A stretch of DNA of 33,696 nt from an uncultured virus (IMG/VR IMGVR_UViG_3300042898_001580) (taxonomy: Duplodnaviria; Heunggongvirae; Uroviricota; Caudoviricetes; Crassvirales), in the IMG/VR virus record IMGVR_UViG_3300042898_001580. One strand, given 5' to 3'. A program made the position numbers and the translations under genes. Below the pieces are notes generated by a model. It had not been told where the DNA came from. It saw only the letters and a program-made list of their open reading frames with translations, and ran no database searches. Numbering within the stretch: position 1 is the first letter of the stretch; the number at the start of each line of letters is the position of its first letter. This document shows positions 19,919 through 26,145 of this stretch, piece by piece.

Positions 19919-20098
19919 TTAAAAATGTTTTGTTACGTCTATAGATATTTCATTTTTCAGTTTCTGTTCAAAGTAAGGAATTACCTGCCCTACTTCTGTA
20001 ATATATTCAGGCAAGTCTTTTAGAGATACTTTAAAATTAATTCCTTCTACTTTAAAAAAGTAAATTTCATCAGGTAATTTAGATTGTTGTGTTTTCAT
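19919..20098 (-). CDS. Small hypothetical protein (59 aa) between groEL and groES, not in ORF track
   Basis: Manual translation MKTQQSKLPDEIYFFKVEGINFKVSLKDLPEYI...VTKHF*; fills the gap almost exactly. Confidence 0.65.
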   Translation of the reverse strand: MKTQQSKLPDEIYFFKVEGINFKVSLKDLPEYITEVGQVIPYFEQKLKNEISIDVTKHF

Positions 20099-20103
20099 AT
20101 TAA

Positions 20104-21669
20104 TTAATTAAAGTTCATTGGGGTTTCTATATATTTTTCTGCTACTACACAAGATGTAGTTAAGAATAGGGCACATACTGATGATGCGTTTTCCAAGGCT
20201 ACTCTTACTACTTTAGTTGGGTCTATTACTCCTGAAACTAATAGATCTTCATATTGCTCTGATTTGGCATTAAACTGTTTGCCTTTCTTTACTTTTTGGA
20301 TTATTGTATCTTCTTCTAGTCCTGCGTTTTGTAGTATTTGTCGTAAAGGTGCTTCTAATGCTTTCTTTATTAAGTCTATACCTGACTGAATGTCTTTATC
20401 TTTTGAAGAAGAGATAGAAGCTATTGCTTTTATAAATGCTGTTCCACCTCCTGGTACTATACCTTCAGCTATTGCAGCTTTTGTAGCACAAAGAGCATCA
20501 TCTATTCTATCAGCTTTTTCTTTTAACTCTGTTTCAGTTGTTGCTCCTACATATAATACAGCTGCTCCTCCTGAAAGTTTTTGTGCTCTTTTGGTAAGTC
20601 TGTCTTGGTCAAACTGTAATTCAGCGTGTTTGGCTTGTTCTTTAATTTGAGATACTCTGATAAGTATGTCTTCTTTCTTGCCTTTGCCATTAATAAGTGT
20701 GGTAGAGTCTTTAAAGATTTTTACATCTGATTGACCTAAAGAAGATAGTTGAGAAGCTTCTAGTGATAATCCTTTATCTTGAGTAATGTATAGACCACCA
20801 GTTATTGTAGCTATATCCTGTAATAGCTCTTTTTTGTGGTCACCATGTGCAGGAGCTTTGATAGCTGCTACTTTGATACCTTTCATTCTATTTACTACAA
20901 GGGTAGAAAGAGCTTCATCTACTAAGTCTTCACAGATAATAATAAGAGCTCTTTGTTCTTTTACACAAGCTTCTAAGTACTTAAGTATTTGAGTAGTAGA
21001 AGTTATTTTCTCGTCTGTAATCAAGATTAAAGCATTTTGATACTCTACTACCATCTTGTTAGGATCAGTAACAAAGTAAGGTGAAATGTACCCTTTATCT
21101 ATCTTTAGTCCTTCTGTAACTTCTATGTATGTTTCAGTAGACCTTGATTCTTCAACTGTAATAAGCCCTTCTTCTCCTACTAGATTTACAGCATCAGCTA
21201 TTAGTTTACCTATAGTAAAGTCATTGTTAGCTGATATAGTAGCTACATTAAGAATAGAATCTGATTGTAATAGTAGTGATTGTGATTTAATAGATTGAAT
21301 AGCTTCTACTGTTGCTAGCTCTATACCTTTCTTTAATTTTACAGGATTTGTGCCTTCAGCTATTAGTCTTAGTCCTTCATTAAGGATTGTTTGTGCTAAT
21401 ACTATAGAAGTTGTAGTACCATCTCCTGAGACTTCCAGTGTTTTATTAGCTATTTCCTGTAAAAGTTGTGCTCCAAGATTTTCATTTGGATCTTCAAGCT
21501 TTATTGAAGAAGCTACACTAACACCATCTTTGGTGATGTGTGGTGCATTGAATTGACGTGAAAGAATTACATTCCTTCCTTGTGGGCCAAGAGTACCTTT
21601 TACAGCATTTGCTAAAATGTTAGCACCTTTCTGGAGGGATCTTGTGTGAAATTCTATTATTTTGCTCAT
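20104..21669 (-). CDS. groEL: Chaperonin GroEL (Cpn60)
   Basis: TLGPQGRNV, ITKDGVSVA, GDGTTT, GYISPYF, RIDDALCATKAA, GIVPGGG, GVIDPTKV; no GGM tail. Confidence 0.97.
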   Translation of the reverse strand: MSKIIEFHTRSLQKGANILANAVKGTLGPQGRNVILSRQFNAPHITKDGVSVASSIKLEDPNENLGAQLLQEIANKTLEVSGDGTTTSIVLAQTILNEGLRLIAEGTNPVKLKKGIELATVEAIQSIKSQSLLLQSDSILNVATISANNDFTIGKLIADAVNLVGEEGLITVEESRSTETYIEVTEGLKIDKGYISPYFVTDPNKMVVEYQNALILITDEKITSTTQILKYLEACVKEQRALIIICEDLVDEALSTLVVNRMKGIKVAAIKAPAHGDHKKELLQDIATITGGLYITQDKGLSLEASQLSSLGQSDVKIFKDSTTLINGKGKKEDILIRVSQIKEQAKHAELQFDQDRLTKRAQKLSGGAAVLYVGATTETELKEKADRIDDALCATKAAIAEGIVPGGGTAFIKAIASISSSKDKDIQSGIDLIKKALEAPLRQILQNAGLEEDTIIQKVKKGKQFNAKSEQYEDLLVSGVIDPTKVVRVALENASSVCALFLTTSCVVAEKYIETPMNFN

Positions 21670-21686
21670 TTTTGAATTGTTTTGAG

Positions 21687-21716
21687 CAAATATAGGTATT
21701 ATTTTTAGATAAACAA
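21687..21716 (-). promoter_or_regulatory. Consensus Bacteroidota housekeeping promoter for groEL
   Basis: Minus strand TTG (21716-21714), 19-nt spacer, TATATTTG (21694-21687): exact match to TTG-N19-TAnnTTTG. Confidence 0.75.
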
Positions 21717-21780
21717 GGAAATTTATACGTTTTTTTTGTAATTTTTCTCTTTATACGGTTAGCTTGCTAACCCGATTGTT

Positions 21781-22066
21781 AAAAAAGCCCCCTTTGGAAA
21801 AAACCATCCACATGACAAGGGGGCAATTCATGTGTGGGGAAGTCATTAAACTTAACTTCCAAAGATATAAATATCTTTAATATAACTATCTGATCCAGTA
21901 TCCTTCCACTACTTATTGGGGGCTATAGTTTATCAATAATAAGACAATATTATATTGGGTAAGAAAATAAACAGAATGTCTAATCTTATTAATTGAGTCC
22001 TTAAGGTCAGATAGCATTACCCTTAAGTCTTATTACCAGGAAAGAAAGAACTACTTCGCTATCATC
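21781..22066 (-). ncRNA. Candidate ~285-nt pseudoknotted non-coding RNA
   Basis: No listed ORF; upstream promoter-like motif; at least 8 helices including crossing pairs; ends in an 8-bp GC-rich stem plus U6. Confidence 0.55.
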
Positions 22067-22068
22067 CT

Positions 22069-22083
22069 GCAATAATACGAAAA
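22069..22083 (-). promoter_or_regulatory. Promoter-like motif TTTTCGTATTATTGC
   Basis: Same family as the motifs at 9473 and 19571; one mismatch to TAnnTTTG. Confidence 0.5.
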
Positions 22084-22416
22084 TTATTTTGATTGGTTGT
22101 ATTTTTTGAAAACTTTTTCTATGGTTTCTACAATCCACTCCACAAAATAAGCTTCATGCTCATCATTTTCAAAGTCTGGTTTAGCTGCAATCTGGTCAAA
22201 TACAATATTCTTTATATGTATTGCTTCATGCGCTACTAAAGAGGCATTAAATTCTTTAGTAGAGAACCATACAACTATACCTCTGTCTGTTTCATGTACA
22301 CAAGCTATATCTGTTAAAGACAATTCTAGGTTATATGCTTTACAAGTTTTTTCAGAAGGTATTCCTATATGTACATATAACACTCTCTGGTATATGGGTA
22401 TGATTATTTTTTTCAT
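22084..22416 (-). CDS. Small zincin-like metallopeptidase
   Basis: Likely start MKKIII at 22416; HEAIH (HExxH) with downstream EHEAY as candidate third ligand. Confidence 0.65.
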   Translation of the reverse strand: MKKIIIPIYQRVLYVHIGIPSEKTCKAYNLELSLTDIACVHETDRGIVVWFSTKEFNASLVAHEAIHIKNIVFDQIAAKPDFENDEHEAYFVEWIVETIEKVFKKYNQSK

Positions 22417-22479
22417 CCTGCTTATTATTTTATAGCAATTATACTTGCAAGGTACAAAAAAGTTACTAAAATAAAAAAA

Positions 22480-22746
22480 CATACCCCCCATGTTTATATA
22501 GGGTATTTGATACCCCGACTACCCACTTTAAGTAGTTGATTTATAGAAGGATACCCCCTTTTCTATAATAAAAATAGTGTGTATCCCCTGCGTTAGTATC
22601 CATAATAAAAATCATGGGTATGCTCTAAAGGAGTAACCAAAAAATTTTTAGAAATATTTTTTTAAAACTGAATGTGTGTACCCCGTTAGTAACCAGCCCC
22701 AAACAACACCCCCTCATATGGTCAGGTGGGTAAAGTACCTACCCTG
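22480..22746. repeat. TACCC-motif cluster at the divergent strand switch
   Basis: About 8-9 TACCC/GGGTA copies; direct repeat GTGTGTA(T)CCCC(TGC)GTTAGTA at 22577-22598 and 22674-22691; hairpin at 22723-22746. Confidence 0.6.
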
Positions 22747-22769
22747 TTTCACATTATACATCCGCAAAA

Positions 22770-23069
22770 ATGGCGAAAATTACAGTAGTGGTAGACTCAA
22801 CCACTCAAATCAACAACAGTGAGTCAAAAGACCTTGGTTGTTACAAACACAAGCTGCTACTTTCACGCAAGGTGACAGCTGATGGTGTAACTACCACCAA
22901 ACGTGAGACCTATACACTAATCACAGAGGACAGTGAGATAGGTGAACTAACTGAGGGTGTGAGGTATTGGAGCTTCGATTCTACCAAGTGGAAACCTGAG
23001 CCACGTACATTCACAGATGAGGCAACAGGTGAGACTATCACCTACAAGCGCCTTGTACCACGTGATTAA
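22770..23069 (+). CDS. Hypothetical protein, first gene of the plus-strand arm
   Basis: 99 aa, higher GC than its neighbours, has its own terminator. Confidence 0.7.
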   Translation: MAKITVVVDSTTQINNSESKDLGCYKHKLLLSRKVTADGVTTTKRETYTLITEDSEIGELTEGVRYWSFDSTKWKPEPRTFTDEATGETITYKRLVPRD

Positions 23070-23070
23070 T

Positions 23071-23100
23071 AGGAGCACCTTCGGGTGCTTCTTTCACTTT
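23071..23100 (+). terminator. Intrinsic terminator (cUUCGg loop)
   Basis: AGGAGCACC-TTCG-GGTGCTTCT followed by a T-rich tail. Confidence 0.8.
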
Positions 23101-23142
23101 ATATATTAGTAATGCTTACTACACTGCTTACTAAGCACTATT

Positions 23143-23271
23143 ATACTACAGTTTTCTTTGGCTGTTTGCCTTAAAACTCAATGGACATCAGGCTAATAGA
23201 TATAATCTATGATGATTTAATTGTCATAGGATTACTCTATAAGATAACCAACATCCTGAAAACTGTAGTAT
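23143..23271 (+). ncRNA. Stem-enclosed multibranch RNA element
   Basis: Perfect 14-bp closing stem ATACTACAGTTTTC/GAAAACTGTAGTAT with internal hairpins. Confidence 0.45.
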
Positions 23272-23326
23272 TTTACCCTGTTTATCTTATAATATTATAG
23301 CAATAACATTCAAACACATACACAAA

Positions 23327-23512
23327 ATGGAATTAGTTATATCACCTAATAAAATGAAATCATTACAAAATTCTGCCATTAAAAATGCTGAATCAAATGA
23401 TTATGTTTTCAACAGGTCTAAAGAAATGACTGAATTGCTTCAAACATTAGAGGCAATGCAAGTTCGTAAGATTGAAATAGACTTATCACCTGATAGTGAT
23501 AGTCTTCTGTAA
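23327..23512 (+). CDS. Hypothetical protein
   Basis: 61 aa, AC-rich leader without SD sequence. Confidence 0.6.
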   Translation: MELVISPNKMKSLQNSAIKNAESNDYVFNRSKEMTELLQTLEAMQVRKIEIDLSPDSDSLL

Positions 23513-23515
23513 TAT

Positions 23516-23540
23516 AAGAGCCTGTAACAAGGCTCTTTTA
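23516..23540 (+). terminator. Intrinsic terminator
   Basis: AAGAGCCT-GTAACA-AGGCTCTT-TT. Confidence 0.65.
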
Positions 23541-23693
23541 ACTCTTTGAGTTCACCTGAGATTGATGTAATGTCAGTTTTGGGTGAACTTTCTTTAATTT
23601 ATGATTCAAATTCCGTAGCAATAGTTTAAAGTTTTACTGTTGTAAATACGTCTGAGAAGAAACTTTTATTACTAACCTTTTAATCTTATTCTT

Positions 23694-23819
23694 ATGGTTA
23701 TTTGTTTTCACGCAGGATTATATCCTGTAGTTAATACTTCAACTAACGAAATAGTTGATGTATGTGCCACTTTAAAAGAGGCAAAAACTCTTTATCCTTC
23801 TGCCACAGTGCAGTTGTAA
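23694..23819 (+). CDS. Small hypothetical protein (41 aa), not in ORF track
   Basis: MVICFHAGLYPVVNTSTNEIVDVCATLKEAKTLYPSATVQL*. Confidence 0.5.
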   Translation: MVICFHAGLYPVVNTSTNEIVDVCATLKEAKTLYPSATVQL

Positions 23820-23946
23820 AATACTAGTAGTTCTTTCTGCACAAGGACTACCTATAACTCTTTGGGGGTGCAGATAACCCAATGTTTTCCTCTTATGGGT
23901 AGGAATGTGCTGACATAAGATTAGCATAAAACCCATTATTTATACT

Positions 23947-24168
23947 ATGATACTATTCAATACATTGAAGAAAGCTTCACACTATGTTAAATATAAAAAC
24001 AGTGTAGTAGCTAAAGACCCTTATTATAAAATCTATGATGAGCATTACAAATATTTCTTTATATCCAAAGATTTAGTTATTGAATCATTTGGTTGGAGAT
24101 GTGGTTGTGGTTGTGGTCAAAATTCTAATGATAATATAGTCATTGGAAGAATAAAAGCAGGGTTTTAA
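23947..24168 (+). CDS. Hypothetical protein with CGCGC motif
   Basis: 73 aa; WRCGCGCG. Confidence 0.55.
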   Translation: MILFNTLKKASHYVKYKNSVVAKDPYYKIYDEHYKYFFISKDLVIESFGWRCGCGCGQNSNDNIVIGRIKAGF

Positions 24169-24295
24169 TACTGTTTATCAGACATAGCAGTGTACAAGTC
24201 TGAGGTAATATAAATTAAATTGAAACATTTAATCACTATAGCCAAGTTGGTAACTTAACAACCATATTATTTTATTAACTCAAACAAACAGAAAC

Positions 24296-24601
24296 GTGAA
24301 ACAAGAATTAACAAAATTAGAAGAGTTGCTTAGAGATTTAGGCAATCTTTATAAGTGGGATATGGTTATTACAGCAAGTGTTCTTGTTCAAAATATGGCA
24401 TTTAATGCTGATAAATTTGAACATAAAGACTTTCTTCCTTATTTATCTATTCTTGAGAAGATGAAGAACTATAATGAATCAAACCATATACTTCAATGGG
24501 CTTATGATGAAGCCTCAATGATTGTAGAAGCTCATTTTTATTCTCTTTATTTAGATGAATCTGACCTTAATGCTCTTGAGAATCAATCAACAGAGCAATA
24601 A
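24296..24601 (+). CDS. Hypothetical protein
   Basis: 101 aa, GTG start after an AAAC-rich leader. Confidence 0.6.
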   Translation: MKQELTKLEELLRDLGNLYKWDMVITASVLVQNMAFNADKFEHKDFLPYLSILEKMKNYNESNHILQWAYDEASMIVEAHFYSLYLDESDLNALENQSTEQ

Positions 24602-24709
24602 TCTAGCTAATGTATATGGAAAGTCTGTTATATAACATACATTAGAAACACTACCTTTGGAGAATCTAAAGGTTACAGACCGTTAAGCATAAATGGCGAA
24701 CATTAATGT

Positions 24710-24802
24710 ATAACTATAGTAAGATAATTAGCTCAGTTGGTTAGAGCCGTGGTTTACCACAAGGTCATAGGTTCAAGTCCTGTATTATCTTATTATAGTT
24801 AT
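24710..24802 (+). ncRNA. tRNA-like element without an anticodon loop, with acceptor stem extended to 19 bp
   Basis: TAGCTCAGTTGGTTAGAGC D-arm, AGGTC variable loop, ATAGG-TTCAAGT-CCTGT T-arm; anticodon arm reduced to GTGG-TTTA-CCAC; no CCA. Confidence 0.7.
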
Positions 24803-24814
24803 TTTTATTAACAT

Positions 24815-24890
24815 TAAACTACTATATTATAGACGAAGGTTAATCCAATGAGATTAATAAATAGGATATAAGGTATAATATAGTAGTTTA
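24815..24890 (+). ncRNA. Stem-enclosed RNA element
   Basis: Perfect 17-bp inverted repeat TAAACTACTATATTATA/TATAATATAGTAGTTTA with inner hairpin TTAATC/GATTAA. Confidence 0.45.
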
Positions 24891-24917
24891 TTTTTATTAA
24901 CTCTAAAAACAAACAAA

Positions 24918-25121
24918 ATGAAATACTTCATCTTATTCATTATCTTTATAGCTGTATTTGCAGCTTTATTCTTTATACTATCATTATTTGGTATGTTATG
25001 GTTTAACTATCAATCAGTTATTACCGACCCTAATTGGTTTATGTTTTATACCATAATGATAGGTTGGTGGACATCAGCATTAGTATCAGCTGATTATTAT
25101 GAACAAGTAATAGACAAATAA
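24918..25121 (+). CDS. Small two-TM membrane protein
   Basis: 67 aa, two hydrophobic helices. Confidence 0.65.
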   Translation: MKYFILFIIFIAVFAALFFILSLFGMLWFNYQSVITDPNWFMFYTIMIGWWTSALVSADYYEQVIDK

Positions 25122-25131
25122 CTTTAAGATT

Positions 25132-25226
25132 TAAATAAACTATAGTATAGAATGTTTCATCTTACAACTACTCCTTTGAAGAGAATAATAGTTCTAACTG
25201 GTAGAATGCTTATTATAGTTTATTTA
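25132..25226 (+). ncRNA. Stem-enclosed element with a tRNA D-arm on its 3' side
   Basis: 16-bp closing stem (one G-U); TAGTTCTAACTGGTAGAATG at 25189-25208. Confidence 0.45.
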
Positions 25227-25232
25227 TATTAT

Positions 25233-25326
25233 TAAAACTGTAATATCTATAGTATCTCTAAATGCGTACTTAAAGAGTTGGAATACTATAAAGTGCATGA
25301 GTATTCCCTATAGTATTACAGTTTTA
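25233..25326 (+). ncRNA. Stem-enclosed three-way junction element
   Basis: 19-bp closing stem with one bulge; inner GGAATACT/AGTATTCC and CTCT/AGAG hairpins. Confidence 0.45.
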
Positions 25327-25348
25327 TTTTAACTTAAATTAACTAACT

Positions 25349-25696
25349 ATGACTCAACTACAAATAGCTGAAAAGCTCAGAGAACAAATTAAAGAACAAT
25401 GGCCTTATGTATCTACTATATTAGCTTTATATGCTAATAACAGTGATGGTAGATTTACTGATAGAATACAAGATATGGTTGATAGGTTATTACCTAGAGA
25501 GGTATTTTATCAAAAAGCCAAATGTTTTGTAGATCAAGAAACTACATTACGTAAGGTAGTTTTATTTGGTAAAGAAGTAAATAAACTTGATGATATAATT
25601 AAATATCATATAGCTTATGCAGAACCTATTCTTTCATTACCAATAAACCAAGTATTATTTTCGTCAGAAGATAATCCATTAGGAATTTTAAAATAA
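25349..25696 (+). CDS. Hypothetical protein
   Basis: 115-aa ORF. Confidence 0.65.
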   Translation: MTQLQIAEKLREQIKEQWPYVSTILALYANNSDGRFTDRIQDMVDRLLPREVFYQKAKCFVDQETTLRKVVLFGKEVNKLDDIIKYHIAYAEPILSLPINQVLFSSEDNPLGILK

Positions 25697-25772
25697 TTAA
25701 GGAAAATCCTTAATAATAGGTAGTAGAACGCAAAAGGGTAGTAGAGGTACTACCCTTACCTAAATTAACTAT

Positions 25773-25943
25773 ATGTTAGTAGAAACAAAAGAAAATGTAA
25801 GAGTAGATTATTCTCTATTAGGTAGAATAATATCTGCAAGAAGAGAATATACCACAAAAGAGCTATTAGATATAGCTGTTAGAAACAAATCAAAAGCTAT
25901 GTTAAACAGAACTGTAGCTTATCGTGTAACAAACTATTATTAA
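25773..25943 (+). CDS. Small hypothetical protein (56 aa), not in ORF track
   Basis: MLVETKENVRVDYSLLGRIISARREY...RVTNYY*; followed by a terminator. Confidence 0.55.
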   Translation: MLVETKENVRVDYSLLGRIISARREYTTKELLDIAVRNKSKAMLNRTVAYRVTNYY

Positions 25944-25963
25944 AACCTTTATCAGTATCACTT

Positions 25964-25995
25964 AAAGAGTCTATTAGCAGTAGTAGGCTCTTTTT
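25964..25995 (+). terminator. Intrinsic terminator
   Basis: AAAGAGTCTATTA-GCAG-TAGTAGGCTCTTT-TT, with G-U pairs on the plus strand. Confidence 0.7.
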
Positions 25996-26007
25996 AACAA
26001 ACATAAC

Positions 26008-26145
26008 ATGAAAAAACGTACACTCTATTTTGACAAATGGTCTACACTTAAACCATTTATGGACAGATTACAAAAGCTATATGGTGCTGTAATCAACAAA
26101 CTACGATATGAAGGTGATAAATACATTGTCACTTTTAGTTATTAA
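26008..26145 (+). CDS. Small hypothetical protein (45 aa), not in ORF track
   Basis: MKKRTLYFDKWSTLKPFMDRLQKLYGAVINKLRYEGDKYIVTFSY*. Confidence 0.55.
   Translation: MKKRTLYFDKWSTLKPFMDRLQKLYGAVINKLRYEGDKYIVTFSY

Noticed and set aside
865..21556. Plus-strand ORFs in the structural arm (e.g. 865-1077, 6385-6630, 15007-15336, 17473-17850, 20390-21556) and nested 10117-10308
   Set aside because: Antisense or out-of-frame shadows of well-supported minus-strand genes.
21756..21774. CIRCE/HrcA operator upstream of groEL
   Set aside because: GGTTAGC-TT-GCTAACC shares only the outer TTAGC/GCTAA; it lacks CACTC-N9-GAGTG. It remains an unexplained palindrome.
23616..23675. Hammerhead ribozyme (CTGAGAAGAAAC)
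   Set aside because: The core is not CUGANGA, stem II is absent and stem I does not pair.
24616..24690. RNase P RNA fragment (GGAAAGTC...ACAGA)
   Set aside because: Too short, and the P4 partner and other conserved regions are missing.
24710..25326. Integron attC cassette array (stems begin AAC and end GTT)
   Set aside because: Poor fit to RYYYAAC/GTTRRRY, no integrase in the window, sites occur in tandem without genes between them, and the payloads are RNA-like. Not formally excluded without running IntegronFinder.
22480..25330. CRISPR mini-array
   Set aside because: No identical direct repeats with regular spacers.
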